A stretch of 64,000 nucleotides of DNA from Candidatus Aenigmatarchaeota archaeon. GTDB lineage: Archaea; Aenigmatarchaeota; Aenigmatarchaeia; PWEA01. How positions within the stretch are numbered: position 1 is the stretch's first letter; the number at the start of each line of letters is the position of its first letter. The position numbers were made by a program, and so were the translations under genes. Positions 44,318-52,738 of the stretch are shown here, piece after piece. The stretch is from assembly GCA_046539305.1 (NCBI GenBank), contig JBKHHE010000001.1, positions 13,150 to 77,149 on the forward strand. The letters run 5' to 3'. The notes under the pieces are model-generated. The model did not search any database and was not told the origin of the DNA. It was given only the letters and a program-made list of their open reading frames with translations.

Positions 44318-45223
44318 ATGCTTTCCGAGGAGAGAAAAAGGGAACTGGAAGAGAGGCAGTACCGCTTCGTGGGGAACCATTCGGCGGTCCGCACGTGCAA
44401 CTGGCTGAAGGAGTCGCTGCGATGCAACGACGTGTGCTACAAGCAGAAGTTTTACGGAATCAAGAGTCACAGATGCCTCCAGATGACGCCCGCCCTGCTC
44501 TGCAACCAGAGGTGCAGGCACTGCTGGCGCGACATTTCTTTCTTTTCTTCCGAGTGGGAGGGACCCGTGGACGAACCAAAGGACATCGTGGACGGCTGTA
44601 TCGAGGCGCAGCGCGAGCTGATCTCAGGCTTCGGCGGGAACGAGGACGTGCCAGAGGAGAAGCTGGAGGAAGCCAAAAAACCAAATCAGGCCGCAATATC
44701 GCTCATAGGCGAGCCCACGATGTATCCCAGGATCTCCGACCTGATCCAGGAGTTCCACTCTCGAGACTTCACCACGTTCCTGGTCACCAATGGAACTTTT
44801 CCCGAAAGGATAAGGAAACTGAAGGAGCTCCCTACGAACTTATATGTGTCCATTGAAGCACCGAACAAGAAGCTATACAAAAAACATTGCCGTCCCGTCG
44901 AGGAGGACAGCTGGAACAAGCTTCAGGAAACTCTGGACTTGATCAAGGACTTGAACACGACCACAGTCCTCCGAATAACCTGCATGGAAGGCGTGAACAT
45001 GGACAAGGCGAAAGAGTTCGGAGAGCTCATGGACAGAACAGGCTTCGACTTCGTCGAGGCGAAGGGCTATATGCACGTGGGTTACTCGCAGGATCGGATG
45101 CCAAGAGACTCGATGCCGAGCCACGAGGACGTGAAAGACTTCGCGAAGAGGCTACAGAACCGTTCCGGCTACACAGTCGAGGACGGAAAGAAAAAGTCCA
45201 GGGTAGTTCTGCTGGAGAAGTAA
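44318..45223 (+). CDS. taw1: tRNA 4-demethylwyosine synthase (radical SAM)
   Basis: YRFVGNHSAVRTCNW and CNQRCRHCW (CxxxCxxC). Confidence 0.9.
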   Translation: MLSEERKRELEERQYRFVGNHSAVRTCNWLKESLRCNDVCYKQKFYGIKSHRCLQMTPALLCNQRCRHCWRDISFFSSEWEGPVDEPKDIVDGCIEAQRELISGFGGNEDVPEEKLEEAKKPNQAAISLIGEPTMYPRISDLIQEFHSRDFTTFLVTNGTFPERIRKLKELPTNLYVSIEAPNKKLYKKHCRPVEEDSWNKLQETLDLIKDLNTTTVLRITCMEGVNMDKAKEFGELMDRTGFDFVEAKGYMHVGYSQDRMPRDSMPSHEDVKDFAKRLQNRSGYTVEDGKKKSRVVLLEK

Positions 45224-45277
45224 GTAGCTTCTCCACATTTATAAATTTTGTATATTAACTAAGGACAGGTTTTGACG

Positions 45278-46342
45278 ATGAGTGATGAGGACAAGAAATC
45301 CCAAGATTCTATGCCCGAAGACATCGAGAAGTGGTACAAGGCCTGTATAGAGGCCTCCGACGACTCCGTCTACATGATAGATCCGGAGGGAAACTACATT
45401 TTCGCCAATGAAGAACATCTCTCCAGGCTGGAGGAGGACGGAAGGATACCGGACTCCGAGGAAAATGGACTTACGGGCCGAAATATCCAGGAAATTCATC
45501 CTGAAGAGGACTCAGAAAAACTGATGGAAAACATCGGGGAAGTGCTCAAGACCGGCAAATCAAAGAAAGAAGAGAACAAATTCCAGTCGGTCGGCAGGTG
45601 TTCCCTAAGGACTTACAGCCCTGTCAAGGACCCTGAATCAGACGAGGTGAAGGGCGTTGCTGTAATCTCAAAGGACATGACCGAAAAGAAAAAGACGGAG
45701 AAAGACCGGGAATTCCTTCATTCCCTCCTCCGTCACGATATACGGAACAAGATGCAGGTCACAAGAGGCTACGTTGAACTCGCCAAGGATTTTGATTTAC
45801 CCGAAGACTGCGAGAACTACGTCGAGAAGGCCAAGAAAAGTCTGGAGGAGGGGGTGGACATAATAGAAAAAATCAGGAATATAAGAAAGGTCGGTGAGGG
45901 GGAAACAAAGGGAAGGAATCTTGACAAAACTCTTAGAAACGTGATATCCGAGGACGAAACCTACGCCTCGGGGGAGGGCATGGAGATAGAGTACGACAAC
46001 GGCTCGGGTTACAGCGTCAGGGGCGGGGAGTTGCTTGAGGAGCTCTTCTCCAATATAGTCGAGAACTCGGTAAAACATTCGGAAGGGAAGAATATAAGGA
46101 TAAGGACGGAGGATTTGGGCGACAAGGTGGATGTCATAGTCGAAGATGACGGGAAAGGCATACCCGACGAGAAGAAAGACAAAATCCTTGACAAAGGTCT
46201 TTCCGTTGGAAGCTCCGGTGGTTCAGGACTGGGCATGTATTTCGTAGATAAGATAACCGAAAACTACGGCGGCGAGGTGGAGGTCGGGGATTCGGAGCTG
46301 GGCGGGGCAAGGTTTGACGTGTATCTGGAAAAGGTCTCCTGA
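45278..46342 (+). CDS. PAS-domain sensor histidine kinase (no cognate response regulator in window)
   Basis: PAS region, then H-box LLRHDIRNKM and the HATPase N/G boxes (ENSVKHS, DDGKGIP, GSGLGM). Confidence 0.85.
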   Translation: MSDEDKKSQDSMPEDIEKWYKACIEASDDSVYMIDPEGNYIFANEEHLSRLEEDGRIPDSEENGLTGRNIQEIHPEEDSEKLMENIGEVLKTGKSKKEENKFQSVGRCSLRTYSPVKDPESDEVKGVAVISKDMTEKKKTEKDREFLHSLLRHDIRNKMQVTRGYVELAKDFDLPEDCENYVEKAKKSLEEGVDIIEKIRNIRKVGEGETKGRNLDKTLRNVISEDETYASGEGMEIEYDNGSGYSVRGGELLEELFSNIVENSVKHSEGKNIRIRTEDLGDKVDVIVEDDGKGIPDEKKDKILDKGLSVGSSGGSGLGMYFVDKITENYGGEVEVGDSELGGARFDVYLEKVS

Positions 46343-46373
46343 GAAATAAAAATCTTCTGTACCTAATGTTTAA

Positions 46374-47177
46374 ATGATGACCATAAACAGGGAAAGGGAA
46401 AATACAGTTGATCTAGTTGCTACAGATTTCCACGGGACGCTATACAGTGCCATCCACCCTGAAATATTTCTCGGAAAATACTCTATTGAAGAAAGAATTA
46501 GGAAAGGGGAGCTGGAGAAATCCATACAATCCTTTTTCAATCACGGGTTGAAAGGGTACTTGAAATTCTGGGATAGAAACGGATCAACCCGTCTCCTCGA
46601 AAACCTGGGATGCATTTTGGAGGGTCAGGATATAGAGATAGTTGAGGATTTCAAGAAAAACTACGACAGTTCGAAAGTATTTAACCAGTTTCTAAACTCA
46701 CTCAGAGGTATGGACAAAAGGAAAGAATATTATCCTGGCGCTATGAACATGTTTTCCGGAGCCCCCGAGGAAATGGAAACGATGGTTTACAGCCAATCGT
46801 TGGAGGAACTCGTCAATTTCCATCTCTCCAAGGACGATTACATTGACTGTTTTACGGAAGGAGTTGTAGGGAACAGGCTCGAGGTCTCCGAAGATGGAAA
46901 CATATCAGGTATCGACTGGAAGGTGGACGGACCTGACGTACCTCTGGAAGAGCAGAAGATGGAGCTCCTGGACCTTATAAGTTCAAAGGGCTACGAACCC
47001 GAGGAAACAGCCTATATAGACAACCGTAACGTCGGCGTTTTGGAAAAGCTTAACGAGAAAGGTGGAGAAGGCATACTGGCCCCGGCAGCCGATCAAGAGG
47101 TCAAGGGGTGGGGGAGACAAAACGGTATCTATACTCCGGAGAGCTGGAACGATATCGGGGAATATCTGGGGGTTTAA
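46374..47177 (+). CDS. Hypothetical protein, possibly degenerate HAD-like hydrolase
   Basis: LVATDFHGTLY resembles HAD motif I, with His at the second Asp position. Low-GC gene. Confidence 0.35.
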   Translation: MMTINRERENTVDLVATDFHGTLYSAIHPEIFLGKYSIEERIRKGELEKSIQSFFNHGLKGYLKFWDRNGSTRLLENLGCILEGQDIEIVEDFKKNYDSSKVFNQFLNSLRGMDKRKEYYPGAMNMFSGAPEEMETMVYSQSLEELVNFHLSKDDYIDCFTEGVVGNRLEVSEDGNISGIDWKVDGPDVPLEEQKMELLDLISSKGYEPEETAYIDNRNVGVLEKLNEKGGEGILAPAADQEVKGWGRQNGIYTPESWNDIGEYLGV

Positions 47178-47189
47178 TTTTTGGGGGTT

Positions 47190-47705
47190 TCAGTTTTCTT
47201 CAACTTTCTTGCCCTTCTCTTTGGGTACCACTTCTATTTCCGCACCTTCAAGCTCCTTTTCCAGCTCCTCGCCTTCCTGCAGCCTGTCGAGAAAAACTGC
47301 GAGCGCCGCCACCTCCGAGTGCGGCTGGTTGGTCACCGCGACCTGGAGGTCTATGTAGTCATAGATGTCTCCGGGAACCTTCTCCCCGCCCACAACGATA
47401 CAGAGGTCCTCGTCGTAGTTTCGAATTTCCTGAATCTCGTCCTGAACCGGCAGGCCGAACATCGCGAGGTAAACCCTCTTCCCGTCGAAGTTTTTAAGAT
47501 ACGTCTTCCAGCTTTCCCTGTATTTTATCTCGAAGCCGCCACCCCACTTCTCGACAACGTTCCGCACGTTTTTTTCCATCTTTTTGTCCTGGTCGCCTGT
47601 ATATACCATCCTTTCGGCCCCAAGTGCTCTGGATACCAGTGCACAGTGCGTGGTCATCCTTTTATCCCTGCCTGCGCGGTGGTTTAGTCTGAGGACTGTT
47701 AGCAT
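47190..47705 (-). CDS. trm56: tRNA (cytidine56-2'-O)-methyltransferase
   Basis: MLTVLRLNHRAGRDKRMTTHCALVSRALGA... SPOUT family, archaeal Trm56. Confidence 0.9.
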   Translation of the reverse strand: MLTVLRLNHRAGRDKRMTTHCALVSRALGAERMVYTGDQDKKMEKNVRNVVEKWGGGFEIKYRESWKTYLKNFDGKRVYLAMFGLPVQDEIQEIRNYDEDLCIVVGGEKVPGDIYDYIDLQVAVTNQPHSEVAALAVFLDRLQEGEELEKELEGAEIEVVPKEKGKKVEEN

Positions 47706-47727
47706 GGAAAAGTTTTATCTTGGAATT

Positions 47728-47762
47728 TTTAAATAGCTATAATTTCCCTTATAGTTATTACT
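47728..47762. promoter_or_regulatory. Split third copy of the element (TTTAAATAGC ... AGTTATTACT); its palindromic TATA probably also serves trm56
   Basis: TTTAAATAGC at 47728-47737 lies 23-30 nt from trm56 ATG 47705 on the other strand. AGTTATTACT is at 47753-47762. Confidence 0.4.
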
Positions 47763-47786
47763 TAAAGGTTAAAAATACCCCTAACT

Positions 47787-47812
47787 TTTAAATAGCAGAA
47801 ATGTTATTACTA
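47787..47812 (+). promoter_or_regulatory. Shared promoter/leader element, copy B (TTTAAATAGCAGAAATGTTATTACTA)
   Basis: See copy A. The similarity continues to the ATG (RTGATAAAnnATG). Confidence 0.6.
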
Positions 47813-47825
47813 AAACATGATAAAC

Positions 47826-48230
47826 ATGGATTATGAGGCTATTCAAGATTTCTTTGAGGACCCCACAATGGAGAAATATGAAAATATCCTAAATCAGGGA
47901 ATTCCACCTGAAACAGTAACTCAAGAGATAAGGAAGTATAACGATGCTCTGGCTTGTGCCAAACAGGCTGAACTGATAGAACAGGAAGCGGGACATGAAA
48001 AGTGGAGGAATAGGGGAAGTTTGTTTGAAGATGTTTTAAGACGTGCATGGCCTCTCGCAGGCGATGCAGTTACTGAAGGAATTGATTGCGCCGGTGACGC
48101 AGGCAAAAAGATAGCTTACCATACGGGTGAAATAGGCGAAGAAGCTGGAAGAACAGTAGGTAAGTTTGGAAAAGGCATGGGTCATGCTGCCAGTGGAATA
48201 GCTGAAGGTGTCCAAGAGGCAGAAAATTAA
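47826..48230 (+). CDS. Hypothetical protein (low-GC gene)
   Basis: Lies behind the shared 26-nt promoter element. ATG 47826 chosen by spacing analogy with 12590 (the ORF track starts at 47817). Confidence 0.5.
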   Translation: MDYEAIQDFFEDPTMEKYENILNQGIPPETVTQEIRKYNDALACAKQAELIEQEAGHEKWRNRGSLFEDVLRRAWPLAGDAVTEGIDCAGDAGKKIAYHTGEIGEEAGRTVGKFGKGMGHAASGIAEGVQEAEN

Positions 48231-48293
48231 CCCATATTTCCTTCAATTTCAAGAAGCCGGTTGTACTTGGAAGTTCTCTCACCTCTGGCAGGC

Positions 48294-48322
48294 GCGCCTG
48301 CTTTTATGCCGTAGGCTCCCAG
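48294..48322. repeat. 29-nt exact copy of enolase 3' coding sequence (49601-49629)
   Basis: Direct comparison. A diverged alignment extends to the stop codons (48227 / 49537). Confidence 0.9.
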
Positions 48323-48341
48323 AGCTCTGGAGGTGAGGGCG

Positions 48342-48394
48342 CAGTGCGTGGTCATCCTTTTATCCCTGCCTGCGCGGTGGTTTAGTCTGAGGAC
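48342..48394. repeat. 53-nt exact copy of trm56 5' coding sequence (47644-47696)
   Basis: Direct comparison of the two stretches. Flanks continue at lower identity. Confidence 0.9.
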
Positions 48395-48491
48395 CGCTAG
48401 CATAGGTAACAAAGGTGTTGTCCGGTATAAAATTCTTCCGGTCCCGGAAAAAGTTAAATAAATGAATTGAGAGAAGGTGTGTAGTGATGAG

Positions 48492-49526
48492 ATGTCCGAG
48501 GAAACTAAAAACAGAAAAACGGACCATATAAAAATCTGTGTGGAGAAGGACGTCGAGTTCAACAAGAAAAGTACACTTCTCGGGGAGGTAGTCCTGCCCA
48601 AGACGGTCCCGGACATGGACGCCAAAGACGTGGATCCAAGCACAGCTTTCCTGGGCAAGAAAATCTCGGCACCGGTCTTCGTGAACTCTATAACCGGGGG
48701 CGAGGAGAGAGCTGAAAAGATAAACAAGGACATAGCCGCGGCCTGCGAGGAGCTGGGACTTGGGATGGCCCTGGGCAGCCAGAGGGCGATGCTGGAGGAC
48801 AGATCGCTGGCCTACACATACGACGTGAGGGAGGAACACGATCCCGCCTTCCTCCTTGGAAATATAGGGATAGCACAGCTCGGGGAGTACACGGTCGAGG
48901 AACTGGAGTGGCTTGTCGAGAAGATAAACGGTGACGGCCTTTTCGTACATATAAATCCCGCGCAGGAGGCTGTCCAGCCGGAGGGAGACACCGACTTCAG
49001 CGGAGCCATGAAAAGGCTGGAAGAAATTGCCAAAAAGATGGATTATCCCGTAATTGCGAAACAGGTCGGAGAGGGAATATCCAGGAAAACGGCACAGAAA
49101 CTGAGTGAGATGAATCTGTACGGCGTCGACGTCGGAGGAGCCGGTGGGTCCGACTGGACCAAGATCGAGCAGCTGAGATCTGAGGACAACTACGGGGAGA
49201 CCTTCGAAAACTGGGGAATACCCACTGCACAGTCCCTGATAGATGTTCTGGAAACAGTTACCGGAGGAAAGGTAACTGCAACAGGAGGGATAAGGAACGG
49301 ACTACAAGTGGCAAAGTCTCTGGCTCTGGGAGCGGATGCCGCCGGACTCGCGCTTCCTGCATTAAAGGCTCAACAGAAGGAAGGAAAGGAAGGGGTCAAA
49401 GCGCTCCTTGAAAGGATGGTAGAGGAGTTGAAAATAGCTATGTTCCTCACAGACTCCGGCAGCGTAGAAGAGCTGAGGTCTCTGGATCCGAAGATATCAC
49501 CAAAACTGAGGAGCAGAATCGGATAG
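48492..49526 (+). CDS. fni: Isopentenyl-diphosphate delta-isomerase, type 2 (FMN-dependent)
   Basis: KTDHIKICVEKDVEF, LGSQRAML and TGGIRNG motifs. Confidence 0.9.
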   Translation: MSEETKNRKTDHIKICVEKDVEFNKKSTLLGEVVLPKTVPDMDAKDVDPSTAFLGKKISAPVFVNSITGGEERAEKINKDIAAACEELGLGMALGSQRAMLEDRSLAYTYDVREEHDPAFLLGNIGIAQLGEYTVEELEWLVEKINGDGLFVHINPAQEAVQPEGDTDFSGAMKRLEEIAKKMDYPVIAKQVGEGISRKTAQKLSEMNLYGVDVGGAGGSDWTKIEQLRSEDNYGETFENWGIPTAQSLIDVLETVTGGKVTATGGIRNGLQVAKSLALGADAAGLALPALKAQQKEGKEGVKALLERMVEELKIAMFLTDSGSVEELRSLDPKISPKLRSRIG

Positions 49527-49536
49527 CTCTAACAAG

Positions 49537-50769
49537 TTAAAGTTCTTCTTCAACCCTGAGAAGCCTGTTATACTTCGCGGTCCTTTCTCCCCTGGCAGGT
49601 GCGCCTGCTTTTATGCCGTAGGCTCCCAGGGCCACGGCCAGGTCCGATATAAAAGGATCGGTAGTCTCGCCGCTCCGGTGGGAAACTATCACTTTCCAGT
49701 CGTTCGACTTCGCCAGTTTGGCAGCTTCCATGGCCTCGGTCAGCGTACCTATCTGATTGACCTTGAGAAGTAGGGTGTCGCAAGCTTCCTTTTCTATCGC
49801 CTTCTCTATCCTGCCCGGATTCGTCACCAAAAGATCGTCCCCCACGACTCTCGCCTCCGTTCCTTCGTTCAACGAGGCAAACGCCTCGAAGTCCTCCTCG
49901 TCAAAGGGATCCTCTATAGAAAGGATAGGGTAGTTTTCGATTAGCTCTAGCCAGAAATCCTCCAGCTGTTCCTGATTCATAACTCTGTTGTCTATGGCGT
50001 AGTCCCCGTCTTCGTAGAACTGGGAGGCTGCGGCGTCCATCGCCAGCTTGACATCCTTTCCAGGCCTGTACCCGGCCACCTCCGTAGCTTCTATCAGAAG
50101 GTCCAGGGCGTCCTCCGTTTTTGTGAGGGAGGGAGCGAAACCTCCCTCGTCGCCAACGTTCACCGCCTCCTTTCCGTATCGGCTTTCGAGAATTCCTTCC
50201 AGGCCGTGGTAAATCTCCGCCGTCGCCTGGATATTTTTACTGAAGTCCTCGAAGAGTGGTACAATCATGAACTCCTGTACTGCGAGGTCGTTGCCGGCGT
50301 GCTCACCACCGTTGATTACGTTCAGAAAGGGTCTCGGAATTTCCATTTTTCCGCCAGAAGAAAACTTTTCATGAAGGAGCTTGTAGAGCTCTTTATCCTT
50401 CTCATCAGCAGCAGCTCTGGCCGCTGCTAGAGAAACCGAAAGAATCGCATTCGCCCCTAGGGTGCTTTTGTCTTCCGTCCCGTCCAGGTCTATCATCCTT
50501 TCGTCCAGCTCCTCCGGGTTCTGACAGTCCGCACCTTCCAGCTCCTCTTTTATCTCGTTCTCCACCACAGACACGGCCTTCTGCACGCCCTTGCCGCCGT
50601 ATCTTCTGCCGCCATCGCGCAGCTCCAGCGCCTCGTTTTCTCCCGTAGAAGCTCCCGAAGGAACGGCGGCCTTGCCACAGCTCTCTTCGGTTATCACTTC
50701 CGTCTCCACCGTCGGGTCGCCCCTTGAATCAAGAATTTCTCTGGCTTTGATATCCTTTATAGCCGACAT
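49537..50769 (-). CDS. eno: Enolase
   Basis: MSAIKDIKAREILDSRGDPTVE...SHRSGET. ATG 50769 with TTTATAAAAAA 22-32 nt upstream. Confidence 0.95.
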   Translation of the reverse strand: MSAIKDIKAREILDSRGDPTVETEVITEESCGKAAVPSGASTGENEALELRDGGRRYGGKGVQKAVSVVENEIKEELEGADCQNPEELDERMIDLDGTEDKSTLGANAILSVSLAAARAAADEKDKELYKLLHEKFSSGGKMEIPRPFLNVINGGEHAGNDLAVQEFMIVPLFEDFSKNIQATAEIYHGLEGILESRYGKEAVNVGDEGGFAPSLTKTEDALDLLIEATEVAGYRPGKDVKLAMDAAASQFYEDGDYAIDNRVMNQEQLEDFWLELIENYPILSIEDPFDEEDFEAFASLNEGTEARVVGDDLLVTNPGRIEKAIEKEACDTLLLKVNQIGTLTEAMEAAKLAKSNDWKVIVSHRSGETTDPFISDLAVALGAYGIKAGAPARGERTAKYNRLLRVEEEL

Positions 50770-50790
50770 ACAGTTTATTAAGGTAGAGTC

Positions 50791-50801
50791 TTTTTTATAA
50801 A
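50791..50801 (-). promoter_or_regulatory. TATA box of eno (TTTATAAAAAA)
   Basis: 22-32 nt upstream of ATG 50769. Typical example of the leaderless layout in this window. Confidence 0.55.
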
Positions 50802-50844
50802 TCAATTTTGTAAAGGTGGCCTGACTACCGAAGAAAAAAAGCTC

Positions 50845-52158
50845 TCACGACCCGAACTTCTTCATCCAGTCGTTGTAGTTGAAGAGGACGGAAAGTACCT
50901 CCCTCCCGTTTATATGGCCCAGATCTCCCCTGGCGGACGTCCTTTCACCTATTTCCTCGACCGAGTCCTTCCTCACTTCCGGGCCGTAGTAGAGTATGGG
51001 GACCGGCTCGGCGGAATGGTTGCCAAGGCTTACAGGGGTGCTGTGGTCACCCGTGAAGACCATATGCGTCTTGTTCCAGTCCAGGTTCTGGAGGAGGTAT
51101 CCCACAGCCTCGTCTATCATCTCTATACACTCCACCTTCTTCTCCGCGTCGTGGTCGTGGGCGGCGTTGTCAGGTGCCTTTATATGGACGAAAACAAAGT
51201 CGTTGTCCCCCAGCTCATCGACTACAAGTTTTGTTTTTCCGAGAAAGTCAGAACCCATGTTTCCCGTAGCCCATTCCGGACTTCTAATATCCAGGCCCAC
51301 CTCCTTGGCCACGCCCAGGTACAGGGCCCCCGCAGCTATGCCCACGCCCTCCAGGCCATACTTTTCACCGAAGTCCTCTACCTCCGGTTTGGTAGAAGCT
51401 CCCCGGAGAAGTAAGGCATTGGCCGGAAGTTTTTCCTTGTCCTCGCGCCTTTCCTCGTTTATGGGATGATCTCTCAAAATTTCGTGCGCTCTTTCCGAGA
51501 CCCTGTTCACTATTTCAGCGGTCCTTTTCGCTGCATCACTGTCCTCGAGCGGCTCCGATTTCTTTACTTCCTTTCCCACTTCCGGGCCCAGAGGCTCCGG
51601 AGACTTGCTTGGATTATAGGGGCTGACGTGGCGGATATTTATATGTCCGCCCTCATGCGGGTCCGTGTCTGAAACCCTGGGAGAGAGTCCGTCACCTCGG
51701 AGAATCAGAGCGCCGCGGTGCTGTGTCGTAGCTTTAAACTCCACCTCCACGTCTTCCTCCGCCCCCAGATCCTGGAGGGCTTCCTCCAGCTCTTCCTGGC
51801 CTTCCGTTATTCTTCCCGCCCTCCTATCCACTACCTCCATCGTATCCGCGACGGTCGCGAAGTTCGTCCTGAAGCACACGTCCGTTTTTTGTACTTCCAT
51901 CCCTGCACCGGAAGCCTCGAATACACCCCTCCCCGAGTAAACCTCTTCCGGATCGTAGCCGAACAAGGATAGGTGGGCAGTGTCGCTCCCAGGCCTCACA
52001 CCGCGTTTAACCGAATGGAGAAGTCCGTTGATTCCCTTGGAAGCGAGCTCGTCCAAATGTGGCGTATAGGCCGCCTCCAGACATGTCTCCCCGTCCAGGT
52101 CCGTGGGCCTTCCCCCAAGACCGTCCGCGACGAAAAGAACTGCTTTCTTTTTACGCAT
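50845..52158 (-). CDS. apgM: 2,3-bisphosphoglycerate-independent phosphoglycerate mutase (archaeal type)
   Basis: AVLFVADGLGGRP, VHIKAPDNAAHD and FTGDHSTP. Confidence 0.9.
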   Translation of the reverse strand: MRKKKAVLFVADGLGGRPTDLDGETCLEAAYTPHLDELASKGINGLLHSVKRGVRPGSDTAHLSLFGYDPEEVYSGRGVFEASGAGMEVQKTDVCFRTNFATVADTMEVVDRRAGRITEGQEELEEALQDLGAEEDVEVEFKATTQHRGALILRGDGLSPRVSDTDPHEGGHINIRHVSPYNPSKSPEPLGPEVGKEVKKSEPLEDSDAAKRTAEIVNRVSERAHEILRDHPINEERREDKEKLPANALLLRGASTKPEVEDFGEKYGLEGVGIAAGALYLGVAKEVGLDIRSPEWATGNMGSDFLGKTKLVVDELGDNDFVFVHIKAPDNAAHDHDAEKKVECIEMIDEAVGYLLQNLDWNKTHMVFTGDHSTPVSLGNHSAEPVPILYYGPEVRKDSVEEIGERTSARGDLGHINGREVLSVLFNYNDWMKKFGS

Positions 52159-52217
52159 GTCAATACCTCAACCAACAAAGGATATTTACTTTTCTTCCTT
52201 TATGATGTTTTTGGCTT

Positions 52218-52376
52218 TCAAGCAAACCTTTCCGCAATTTCAAGCACCTCTTCTGCCCTTGCTTCGTCTATGTCAGACCCTGAAACAGAGTCCTCGTACT
52301 TACTTTCCTCCAACAGAAGCTCCGCAGTCGAAAGCTTCTCCCTGGACTTTTCCATCAAATCCTCTATCTCACTCAT
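52218..52376 (-). pseudogene. Internally deleted HEPN remnant (52 aa)
   Basis: MSEIEDLMEKSREKLSTAELLLEESKYEDSVSGSDIDEARAEEVLEIAERFA. The first and last HEPN helices are joined and the middle ~65 aa is missing. Not in ORF track. Confidence 0.5.
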
Positions 52377-52423
52377 AACTCGACACCTTCCTCCTGCACA
52401 TTCGTATGGAAGCTGTAACCCTC

Positions 52424-52696
52424 CTATACTTTCTCTTCGAAGTCATCTTTTTCGAAAACTCTAACAGAAAACCTCAGGTCTGTTTCCTGCATCCACTCCT
52501 CAGCCAGCTCCTGAACTTTTTTCCTGTCATCCTTCTCCTTACTCTCAAGAATCACAGCTATATCTATGTCGCTCCCAGGAACCTCCTCGTCACGTGCGTA
52601 GGAGCCATACAGCATTACCCTATCAGTTCTGGTCCTGAACAACGGCCTAACATCTTCTGCAAACTCCTTCACGTGCTTCTGCCTGGCCACCAACAT
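52424..52696 (-). CDS. Minimal nucleotidyltransferase (MNT-type)
   Basis: VMLYGSYARDEEVPGSDIDIAVIL. Confidence 0.8.
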   Translation of the reverse strand: MLVARQKHVKEFAEDVRPLFRTRTDRVMLYGSYARDEEVPGSDIDIAVILESKEKDDRKKVQELAEEWMQETDLRFSVRVFEKDDFEEKV

Positions 52697-52738
52697 ACCA
52701 TTAAGTTGTGGGTAATAGAATAAAAATATAAGGTACTG

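Larger units (their letters stand above)
48227..48403 (-). other. Chimeric 58-codon ORF: trm56 N-terminal copy fused in frame to enolase C-terminal copy
   Basis: MLAVLRLNHRAGRDKRMTTHCALTSRALGA|YGIKAGAPARGERTSKYNRLLEIEGNMG. 48342-48394 is identical to 47644-47696, and 48294-48322 is identical to 49601-49629. Confidence 0.85.
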
